From assembly GCA_002269645.1 (NCBI GenBank), contig NIVC01002176.1:1-64000 (forward strand): a stretch of 64,000 bases of DNA, given 5' to 3'. Below are positions 12,196-22,710 of the stretch, one piece after another. The notes below the pieces were generated by a model, which saw only the letters and a list, made by a program, of their open reading frames with translations, had not been told where the DNA came from and ran no database searches. Origin of the DNA: Macrostomum lignano. Taxonomy: Eukaryota. The translations under genes were made by a program, and so were the position numbers. Every line of letters starts with the position of its first letter. The stretch's first letter is position 1.

Positions 12196-15100
12196 GTGCA
12201 CTGGAGCTGCACGGAGCTCTCCACCAGGAAGCAAATCGACAAAGTCAAAAGGCTAAGCAATTGGTGCTGCAAAGAATGTAGAGAGGACGAAGCCAAGCAA
12301 CAGAAGAGAACCGTGAGCCCCCCACCCGAAGCTAGCACTAGAGCTCCGATCAACCACCAGCTCAGGAAGCTTAGGATCGGAGTCTGGAACTGCGACCACT
12401 TCAGAGCGAAGGCTCCGGAAATGGAAGACTTCATCGAGCGACAGAACATCGACGTGCTCCTTCTTCAAGAGACCAAGCTGAGGGCCGAGGACGGCGATGT
12501 CGAGCTGGCTGGCTTCACGGCCATACGTAAAGATCGCAGTAGACGGATATGCAGAGACAAGGCGCGGGGCGGAGGACTACTCACCTTCGTCAAACACGGC
12601 GTGCAGTTCAAGGAATTGACCACAGCATCGCACGAAGAAGACTGCGGAATCGAGCTACAGTGCATCAGGGTCTACCTGGCCGGCCCCAGCCAGCCGACGC
12701 ACGTCAACATAGCGAACCTGTACCTCCCGCCACACAACACCATCCAAATCAGCAAGGAGGACATCATGAGGATCCCGGGCGGTCCTGATTGGATAGTTGC
12801 CGGAGACTGGAATGCGCACCACTCGATGTGGGACAATCTAGTGGCGGAGGATAACAGAGGCGTAGCGGTGATGGAGTGGGCGGACCTCCACGAGATGTCG
12901 GTGCTTAACGACGGAAGTTGCACTAGGAGCAGCAAGGACGGCAGGTTCCACTCGAGTCCGGACGTCGCCTTCTGCCATACCCTGGACGAGGCATGGGAGT
13001 GGCAGGCTACCAGCGCCCTCAGCTCCGACCACAAACCGGTGCTAATCACTAGCAGAGGAGACTGCACCGATAAAGCTAAATCGAGGAAACTCGTCAGCTG
13101 GAATTGGAAGAATGCTGATTGGACGGCATTCCGGGAAGAAATCCGGACAAGCATTGCCGAGGGCGGAGAAGAGCTGCGGGTGATATCGACCAGCATAGCT
13201 GAGAGAAGGTTACGGGACATCATCACGAATGCCGCCAGAAAAGCGATCGGCGTGGTTGTTAGGAGGACCAGGAACCGGGACTGCCTCACCGAAGACATTA
13301 GGGCGGACCTGGTGGAGAGAGACGCCATTAGGACGGAGAAAGGAGAGTCGTCTGAGGAGTGGAAAGAAGCAGAAGCGGCCATCTCCGAGAAGATTAAAGA
13401 GCACAAAAGGCAGGCCTGGAGGCAGCACCTCGCCACGAATGCGACCAACGCGAAGATGTGGACGGTCCTTAAGCAACTCAAAGGCACCCTAGCCAAGACG
13501 GAAAGCCAAGGGCTGACTCACCAAGGCCGCACATACATATCGGCGAGAGCCAAAGCCAACATCTTCGCGAAGACCTACGCGAAGGTCAGCGATGTGAGAA
13601 TTGAGAAAAGCCACCGCTGGGCCCGCCGCGACGTCAACGCCCGCCTAAGAGAGAGCAACATCTCGCCAGACCCGGAAGATTGCCAACCGCTCACGCTGAA
13701 CGAGCTCCAGGACGCTCTCCATGATATGAATGCCAACAAAGCTGCCGGGATGGACCACATCCACCCCAGGCTCCTCCGGGAACTGCCAACCGAAGCGCTA
13801 GAGGCCGTCCTGCAGCTGTTCAACAGGCTATTCGCTGAAGGATCCGCGCCACAAAATTGGCGCACGGCTAGGATCATCCCCCTGCTCAAGGGAGGGAAAC
13901 CAAAGCAGGAAATCGGATCCTACAGGCCCGTGAGCCTAACATCCTGTCTAAGCAAGTGGATGGAGCGCATCATAGTCCGAAGAATCACCCACAAGCTGGA
14001 AAGTGCCGGGAGACTCAGCGATTGCCAGGCGGGCTTCCGTGCGGGCAGGTCAGCTGAAGACCAGCTCTTGAGGTTGACTCAAGCCATCGAGGACGCCTTC
14101 AAGAGGGGAGACATTACGCTGCTCACGCTGTTTGATTTCGAACGTGCCTTTGATAAGGTGTGGCGTGACGCCCTCCTAATCAAGATGCTAGACAAGGGTG
14201 TGGGGCCGCGGATTGTCCGTTGGATCCAAGGATGGCTAACGAACCGCCTGGCCTGTGTCAACGTTGAGGGAACCGATGGTCGGCGAGAGCAGTTCAAACA
14301 GGGGCTTCCCCAAGGCTCGGCCCTGTCGCCCATCCTCTTCGTGATTTTCGTGGACGACCTTCTCAACAGCCTGAGCAAGCTCCCCGGAGTGGAAGTCAGC
14401 GGATTTGCAGACGACCTGGCCACCTGGTCATGCGCTACACGAGCTGAGGAGGCGACGAACATGCAACAGGCGGCAGCGAACGTCGTGAGCGAATGGAGCC
14501 GGAAATGGCTGCTCCCAGCCGCTGCGGCTAAGTGCACCACCACCCTCTTTACGCAAGGAAAGCCCAGCGAACCGAGCCGGTCCGTACGATTCAACAATGA
14601 CGACCTCCGATGGGACCCGAACCCCAAGTTCCTGGGTCTCACGTACGACCGGAGCCTCCGTTTCACCCAACACGTTGCTAACGTCATCGAGGCGTGTCGC
14701 AGCAGGGTGAACCTCATGCGCAGGCTCGCAGGCAGCGACTGGGGGTGGGAAAGCAACCTACTCCGGCAGACGCATACCGCCCTCATCCGCAGCCGCATCC
14801 TCTACGGGGCCTGCGCGTGGACGCCCTGGCTCAGCGAGGAAAGCTGGCGGCGGCTCGAAGTCCTAGATAGAACGGCAGCTCGAATAGTGAGCGGTCTAGT
14901 CCAAACTACACCGCTAGACGCCCTGAAAGCCGAGAGTGATATTGGACCCCTAAGAACGACGTGCGAGATCCGTTGGGCGGCGAAGCTCGACCGATGGCTC
15001 CGCCTCAATGAGGAATCGGCCAGGTACAAAATGACCAGGAATGAGGAAGCTCGCCGACAGCGAGGTGGCAGCACTAGACGCGACTGGAGATCGGCGGCTG

Positions 15101-16160
15101 GGGAGCTACTGGCCAGGTTCAAGTTAGACGAGGTCGCCAGGACTGGAGATGGGCATCCTCTACCCCCCTGGAAGAAGGGCAACGCGAAGGACTTCCACGC
15201 TGATGCCTGCCGGGCGCCGAGCCAGGAGGAAAACCTGTCGCTGGCCCACCAGCTTCTGCGCACCGAAGGACCGCCCCCGGATGTGGTCATCTTCTCTGAC
15301 GGATCCGTGTCGGACGGTTGCGGCGGAGGAGGAGCCATCATTGTGAAGCCAGAACCAGGCGACCCAGGATGCAGAGGAGAGATACTTGCTGAAATGACAC
15401 GGCCGGCTGGTCGCCCGTGTTCCTCACTCCAAGCCGAGCTCAGAGCGATGGAAGGCGCTCTGAACCTCCTAGAGCACCTCAGAGTGGAGAAGAGGAGAGT
15501 CTGGGTGATCACGGATAGCAAAAGCAGTCTGCAGGCGCTCCGCGGGCACTCAAGGAACCCGATAGCTGTGGAAATTCAAGCCCTGGCCGCCCGCCTCCGC
15601 GAGGGCGGAGTCACCTTCGAGTGGAGATGGGTGCCCGCGCATTGTGGCCTCTGGGGCAACGAGGAGGCTGACCGTCTGGCAGGAGCAGCCGTTCGCTCTC
15701 AGCAGGAGGACACCCCGGTCCTCGCCAGCGTGGTTGTGAAGCAGCTAGCTCGGGAGCTGAAGGCCAGTGAGACGCGCTCGCACCAGCGCTCCCGCGATAC
15801 TTACGGCACCAGAGGACCGGCCAAACACCCCTGTTACGGCAGCAGAGAGGAGGCGACCAGCTTCATGAGAATGAGAACCGGTCACTCACTCGAGCTCGGA
15901 GCCTATTGCAAGCGTATAAAGAAGGTGGAGAACGGCCACTGCAGGATGTGCCGCGGCGAGGAGGAAACCGTGTCCCACATAGTCCAATGCCCGGCAACTT
16001 TCCGTCAGAGAAGTGAGTGGGACGTGATGGCGCTGAACGACCTAAACCGTTCCAGCGAAGGCGTCCTCAAGTTCTGGCGGTGGTATAGGAGTCACCCACC
16101 ACTGGAGCAGCCCTCACCGTTGGTAGCGTGAGTAGCAACAACAACAACAACAACAGCAGC
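12190..16160 (+). mobile_element. Non-LTR retrotransposon A (I/Ingi-like): single ORF 12196-16131 with partial PHD, AP endonuclease, RT, RNase H and CCHC; 5'-truncated; (CAA)6 tail
   Basis: 1311-aa uninterrupted ORF: HWSC..WCCKEC (PHD remnant); VWNC, LQETKL, GDWNAH, SDH (APE); YRPVSLTS, DFERAFD, QGS, FADD (RT); FSDGS, QAEL, TDSKS, WVPAHCG..GNEEADRLA (RNase H); CRMC..H..C. Confidence 0.95.
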
Positions 16161-16179
16161 AGCAGCAGCAGCAGCAGCG

Positions 16180-17012
16180 GAAGAGTTTCACGCCATTGCT
16201 TGGACCGACGGCTCCGCCGAAAGCGGTACGGCCAACGGCAGCGGCGTAGCCGTCATCACCTTTTGCGATAACTCCACTTCTACCATCCGCGTCGCGGCCG
16301 GCCGCCTGTGCAGCAGTTTCCAGGCTGAGCCTGCCGCGATCCACGCCGCCCTGGTCCACTGCATCCGCGAGCGCCCAGCCCCTTCTCCCAGCATAGCGGT
16401 CCTGACCGACAGCCTTAGTGCTCTGACCGCTCTGGAGCAAAGACCCGCCGGCCAGACGAACGCCACCGGTGCGGCCTGCTGGCAGACCATCGCCGAGTCC
16501 GCCGGGCGCTCCGACTTTCTGTTCTGCTGGGTCCCGGGCCACGCTGACATTGCCGGTAATACCGCTGCAGACCGCGCCGCCGCCGAGGCTGCCGGGCTGC
16601 CCCAGGTCGACGTGCCTATTAGCCTTGCGTCAGCCCGTGCGGCCATCCGCCGCGACCGCCGCGCCTTGGACGCCCGGATTCTGGGCCCTCCATGCATTCC
16701 CGTAACCGCCACGAGCACGTCGCCATTAATCAGCTCAGAGCTGGCGTCAGCCCCCTGTGCGGGGCCTCCCGCCTCCGCCTCGGCATCAACGAAGACGCCT
16801 CCTGCCCTGATTGCGGCGCGCTTGACACGGTCGACCACGTCCTCCGCCGCTGCCCCCGGAGCGACTCTCTGCGCCTCCGGCTGTTCGGCGGCGGCAACCC
16901 CCTGGACGGGCCCGCCGGTAGAATTCTCGCCTTGCTCCGTGGGATAGGGCGCTGGCCCCCCGCCCGTTTTAGCGCCGCAGCGCTAAGGGCGCGCCGGAAG
17001 AAGAAGAAGAAG
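16180..17012 (+). mobile_element. 5'-truncated non-LTR retrotransposon B (RNase H + CCHC 3' end) with (GAA)5 tail
   Basis: My + strand translation from ~16181 gives AWTDGS..FQAEP..LTDSLSAL..WVPGHADIAGNTAADRAA; after a frameshift near 16690 it gives CPDC..DHVLRRCP; then the simple-repeat tail. Confidence 0.85.
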
Positions 17013-17021
17013 CAGCAGCGG

Positions 17022-19390
17022 AGACCCACGACCCACCTCCATGAGGTGTCTCTGGATCATTCTAAAGGACCGTACAACCACCGAGTCTGCGAGGAAGCTG
17101 GAAATAACGCGTCACCTGACAGCGCCACCGACAACCTTCGAACCGTCATGCGCCTCCGCGGAGGAAACGACGACGCCCAAAAAGCGCATCGCTGCCGGAG
17201 TCGTGGGAGGCGCCGAGAAGCCACAGCATCGCACAGAGCCGAGCTGGGCCCAGAACTCCTGGTGCAGTTTAACTGCAACGGCATTAAAAGCCGCCAAATG
17301 GAGTTACCTCACAGGTTCACTCTCCTAACGCCCTGCCGTGGCCCTCCTTCAGGAAACAAAGCTAAGGCATAACGAAGAGTACAATCCACCAAGAGGGTAT
17401 GTAAAAGCTGCCAGAGCGGACGGCGCCGCCCTGGACAGGCCTAAAACCGGCGCTAACGTCACTGACACTGCCGACCAGCCTACTCCACCTCTGCCCGATC
17501 CCCCCGCTGGCACTGCCGGGAAACTGCGCCGCGTCAAGAACCCACGCTGCCGCCTCAGATACCCCGGCCTCCGTGCGGAATGGTGCCCCGGATGCCGCAG
17601 CGGCCGCACCGCATGCAGCGTCCGTTTCACGCCATGAACCAACTCCCACCAGCCGGCCCAACCCGGAGCGAGCCCTACCAGCACGGCGCCTGCTAGTCAG
17701 CCCCAACCAATCCAAAAAACCGAAAAAAAGAATCACGGGGCGTGGCGGTGCATTGGTACTCGTTCGGGAAGACGTCCAATACGATAGGTTATCGATCAAC
17801 CGCGAGCAAGAACTCCTGGATGTCGTCGCCTGCCGCATCCGCCTACAAGGACAACAGCCAACTGTGGTGGCCTCCATTTACGCCCCACCCACCAGTTACC
17901 AACGCCCTGACGATACCTGGCAGCCAACCTTTAACAATCTACCGGTCACCGGAAGAGCCATCCTCGGGGGTGATTTCAACGCCCACGGCAGCTGGAAACA
18001 TCACCTCGACGAGGACGCCAGGAGCCAAACGGTTGATGAATGGGTTGCTCGCAACTGTCTGACCATCTGCAACTCAACCAACCACACGAGAGCGTGCCCC
18101 AGCACAGGTCGCATCAGCAGTCCGGATGTGACGATCTGCAGCAGCGCCCTCTCCGGCGTTTTGACCGACTCCTGGAGAATAGGCCCCGACTGGAGAACAA
18201 CCTGCCAGGGACAGAAACACTGGATCTACAAAAAAGCAAACTGGGCCGTCTTCCGGGATATTTTGACTGGCTGGGTCGACTCCGATCTACAAACGGTCGC
18301 GCTTAACGATGAGGCTACTCGGCTCTCCGAGGCTATACTCTCAGCCGCGCGACACAGCATCCCGCGCAGCTCAGTAAAGCCAATGCGCCAGTTCCCTTTC
18401 TGGAACGACGCATGCGAGGATGCCACGAAAGCGACCAAAGCCGCTTGCCAGGCCGTCGAAGCAGATCCGACCCCGGAGAATCTTGCCGCAGCCGCTCGGG
18501 CCCGACATAATGCCTCAGACTGCCTCAACAAGGAAAAGAAAGCCTTCCTGCTGGAAAGGGCGGCGCACTTCCACCAAGGCCCCGACATCTTTGGCCTACC
18601 CTGCGCCATGAGAGGCGAAGGGCACAAGACTGCGGACCCCGCAGCGATTACTAGAGCCGCCTGATTTAGACTTGAAGGTCATTGAGTCAGACCTCTGAAA
18701 ATGCCCGAGCGTACGGCCCGCACTAACAAGGAAAAGGCAGAGCTTTTCTGCCAGATGTACGCGGAAGTGAGCCGAGTCCCCAGACGCCGCCAGGACACCG
18801 CAATCCGCTACGAAGCCAACGAGGCCACGACAGTCACAGACGAACCCCCGCTCACGGCCCGGATGCCCTCTTCTCTATCGACGAGCTCCGCGCAGCCGTT
18901 CGTCGCCTCAAGTCAGGAAAGTCTGTGGGGGCCGACGGCGTCTCAAACAAGATTCTGAAACGCCTCCCCGCGGCCGATGAGAATATTCTCCTCAAACTCA
19001 TCAACCGCACCTGGACCGAAGGGCAAACACCGACCAGCTGGCGAAATGGCATCATCATCCCGATCCGAAAAAAGACAAGAGTGCTACGTCGCCGTCCGGT
19101 CGCTTTGACCAGCTGTGTCGCTAAGTGCGCAGAGTGCATGGTGCTTGCCCGCCTTACTTGCAACGGCCCGCTCCCTGGCTACCTGCTCCGAGGAGCTCCA
19201 ACCTGCTCTGGACGCAGTGACCAGCTGGTGCAGGACCTGGAAGGTCACCACTAGCAACAGCAAATGCTGCTATACCACTTTCACTCTGGCCCCAAATGAG
19301 AACAACGGAAAGAGCCAGGTGAACCTTTGCATTAATGGAGATAAAATCATTTTTGAGCTCACGCCGACCTTTTTGGGGCTCACGTTGGAC
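17022..19390 (+). mobile_element. Decayed non-LTR retrotransposon C (APE + partial RT), frameshifted, RT core deleted, 3' end lost
   Basis: LVQFNCNG, LLQETKL, GRGGALVLV, ASIYAPP, GGDFNAH, SSPDVT (APE); GADGVSNKILK, WRNGIIIPI, RPVALTS (RT N-part), jumping near 19170 to LQPALDAVTSW..TFLGLTLD. Confidence 0.85.
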
Positions 19391-19686
19391 GGCGCCAGCT
19401 ACAGAGGGGGCGCCAGCTATAGAGGGGGCGCCAGCTACAGAGGGGGCGCCAGCTACAGAGGGGGCGCCAGCTACAGAGGGGGCGCCATCTACAGATGGGC
19501 GCCATCTACAGAGGGGGGCTCCAGCTACAGAGGGGGCGCCAGCTACAGAGGGGGCGCCATCTACAGATGGGCGCCATCTACAGAGGGGGGCTCCAGCTAC
19601 AGAGGGGGCGCCAGCTACAGAGGGGGCGCCAGCTACAGAGGGGGCGCCAGCTACAGAGGGAGCGCCAGCTACAGAGAGGGCGCCAG
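19391..19686. repeat. 18-bp minisatellite GGCGCCAGCTACAGAGGG (~16 units)
   Basis: Direct tandem repeats starting exactly where LINE C homology stops. Confidence 0.95.
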
Positions 19687-19795
19687 TTAGATTTCATTGA
19701 GGCGGCTGCAGAAATGGTCAGTTTTGAGTTTTGCACCTGCTGAAGCAGACTGTGCAATAATTTAATATTTGATATTATCTATTTATTTATACCAG

Positions 19796-21262
19796 CTGCT
19801 ACCCTATCATTGGATCGCAAATGCGCATTTGTTAACTTATTCCCAGCTCTTCGTGCTGCCAGTTGAAAAATTTGATTGATTATTTTAAGCACTGAGAACC
19901 GGCTTCGAACATGCTGGCAGGGAAATGTAAAGCATGGAGGCTTAAGTTGCTCGTTGTAGCCGCAAGAATTGAAGAGTCTCTGCAGCAGGTACAGCACTCA
20001 CAGATCCACAAGGCTTGGTAAAGGAGGCTGAGGGCCCAAAGGTGTCACAAAAGTCTACTGACGGCACCAAATGTTGCTTCAGGTTCTGCTGCTTTTGCAA
20101 CGGTAGCAAAACCAATGCCTGCAGTGACCAATGCCTGTAGTGACCAATGCCTGTAGTGACCAATGCCTGCAGTGACCATTGCCTGCAGTGACCAATACCT
20201 GTAGTGACCAATGCCTGCAGTGACCAATACCTGTAGTGACCATTGCCTGCAGTGACCATTGCCTGCAGTGACCAATGCCTGCAGTGACCATTGCCTGCAG
20301 TGACCATTGCCTGCAGTGACCAATGCCTGCAGTGACCAATACCTGTAGTGACCAATGCCTGCAGTGACCATTGCCTGCAGTGACCAATGCCTGCAGTGAT
20401 TAATGCCTGCAGTGACCAATACCTGTAGTGACCAATGCCTGCAGTGACCAATACCTGTGGTGACCATTGCCCAATACTTCTTAAGTAATCAGAGAGCCCA
20501 TGCAATTTCTAAAAAGTTTCGATCAAAAGCTACCGTATCAATTACAAAAAACAATACAGTATGCCGTCAGGTCTTTTAAAAACAGCATCTTTAAGGTGCC
20601 TTTCTGGCTTGGACGCCTTTAACCTGCCTGCATCCGGTGCTGGAGTTGCTGCCGCTAACGATGCACTGAACAACAGTTTATAAACCAGTATATATAGGAT
20701 TTTCTTGAGTTGCAGCTTGCAGAGAGACGCATTGAATCTGCACTACACTGAGCTACTCACACAATATGGCTGATCCTTGAGGCTGTGGAAGTTGGGCTTG
20801 ATGGACAGGTGCATGATTCCATATCGTTTTTTGAGTTTTAGACGCTAAGAAGGGGCCAAGTAGTTTATTGATTATTTGAGCTGTTGTTGTCTTGTCCGGG
20901 GCTGCTGCCGCTGCTTGAGATGCTTGAGCAGGCCTGTCAGGAAGGACCGCATCAATGACTCGAGTGCAGTAGAGTAGAATACTTGAGTAGTCCAATTGGT
21001 TCGCATTTAAAAAGCTACTTTACAACAGCAAGAGCAACAACAACAAAAATACGTTGTCAGCCAGTCAAGCGAGCCCCAAGAGGCAACGGTCACAAAAGAC
21101 TTCACACGGACAAGCAACAATTTGAACAAGCAAAATGAATTGCATAATAGAGAAAGGAATGAGCAGGCGAGCCAACTGCTGCCATATTTCTGACTCAAAA
21201 ACTTCCGTTGTTTTCTCAGTGCCAGTTGTCTAGCAAATTGGCTTACAGCAGCCTCATGAACT
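19796..21262 (-). CDS. Possible exons of an unidentified spliced gene (~21053-21262, 20761-20933, ~20000-20120, 19796-19980)
   Basis: Open frames bounded by CAG acceptors and GTGAGT donors (20760, ~20000); some junctions are phase-compatible, but I could not join all exons and recognise no domain. Confidence 0.3.
20111..20470. repeat. 16-bp minisatellite ACCAATGCCTGCAGTG (~22 units)
   Basis: Direct tandem repeats. Confidence 0.95.
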
Positions 21263-21537
21263 CTGTAATACCAAAATGTGATACTATATAACGCGACTTA
21301 TCCATAATTATTTTATTTCGAAGCCGACAACATGGATTTAATTTATCTACTAATCTGGCAATAGGCCCAAACAATGCTGGGCTTACTGTTTCCCTCGCTG
21401 GGAAAGCCAAAAAAAAACTTGTTCTCCAAGAGACGAGATCACGGACAAAAGGGATGCTCTGAGGCCATGCAAGTGAGGCTTTAAATCCACACAACCCACG
21501 AGTGCAGCAGCAGATTCTTTCCACGGACGAAGAGAGA

Positions 21538-22030
21538 AGGGCGCCCACTAAGAGACAGGGGCGCCCACAAGAGACAGGGGCGCCCACTAAGAGACAGGGG
21601 CGCCCACTAAGAGACAGGGGCGCCCACTAAGAGACAGGGGCGCCCACCAAGAGACAGGGGGCGCCCACTATAAGAGAGAGCGGCGCCTACCAAGAGACAG
21701 GGCGCCAACTAAAATACAAGGGGGCCCACCAAGAGACAGGGGTGCCAACTAAAATACAAGGGGGCCCACAAGAGACAGGGGCGCCCACACTAAGAGACAA
21801 GGGCGCCCAACAAGAAGACACCAAACAGTCACGTATTGGCGCCCCTCCCAGAAAGATTGCTTCGTGCCCCACTGCATGCAAACGCACAGTTATACACGTA
21901 AAGTCGATCAACTTACCACACGAGAAGTAGTACCAAAGAGCCTAGCTATAATTCGCCAAACCAATGTTTTTGATAAAAGTTAAAGTTAGTTTAATTTTAT
22001 CAGTTTAAACGAGAAAGTATGCCTTTTTTA
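21538..22030 (+). mobile_element. Second copy of a dispersed element carrying a short array of the 20-bp CACTAAGAGACAGGGGCGCC unit plus the same unique downstream sequence as 7780-7900
   Basis: Array at 21538-21810; ACTTACCACACGA..CCAAAGAG.CTAGCTATA..ATTCGCCAAACCAATGTTTTTGATAAA occurs at ~21910-21980 and ~7780-7850. Confidence 0.75.
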
Positions 22031-22710
22031 AGAATCGGTGTTGTTAGCAATAATTTTGGCCACCATTTTAGTGTCGCAGCGCCTTACATGTACATTTATT
22101 TTGCGCAGCAGGCACCATTTTAGCGACGCAGGCGAATTTCTCATATTGACAACGAATTCTCATAATCGGTACATCTTCAATCTAACTTTTCAGTGGATTA
22201 CGTAACTTTAAATTTGAAGAAGCTATTAAAAAAAAATTGTGTTATTTTTTGTAAAAAATAATAGAAAACAAAAAGTCACTTACGACGGCATACTTACTTT
22301 TTGCAAATAAAAAAATTGTTTAAATTTTTGTCAAGCAAACATATAAAACTTCAAATCAAGAATTCTTGAGCAATTCATGAACCCCGCAAAATTTTTTTAT
22401 TATTGAGCGATATAAACGATAGGCCTAAGTTGCACCCTTACCTTAGCATTCTTATAGTTATTTCTTAAGCGAATTACCAACTGTTAATAAAGTAACTTAA
22501 TAACTTTTTGGCTTTTGTTCATAATAAATAAGTCACTTTTATAATACCTCATAACAGAATTTGTGAACAAAAATCGGATTTAGCAGTTGTTAATCTTAGC
22601 CTAGCTTGCCTTAGGAGCCTATAGGCCTACTATAAAAACTATTTATCGACCCGCCCTAAGTAGCAGCTTTTTGCCTGTTATTTAGGTGTTAATTGAAGGG
22701 CCGAGTCACT

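Noticed and set aside
12253-16838. Numerous antisense ORFs over the LINEs
   Set aside because: Shadow ORFs of GC-rich coding sequence with no independent motifs.
16692-17372. 226-aa ORF as a single gene
   Set aside because: Chance in-frame read-through from the LINE B 3' end across its (GAA)n tail into LINE C.
21010-21195. Gln-rich + strand open frame (KATLQQQEQQQQ..)
   Set aside because: No start or good acceptor; splice signals nearby favour the - strand; unresolved.
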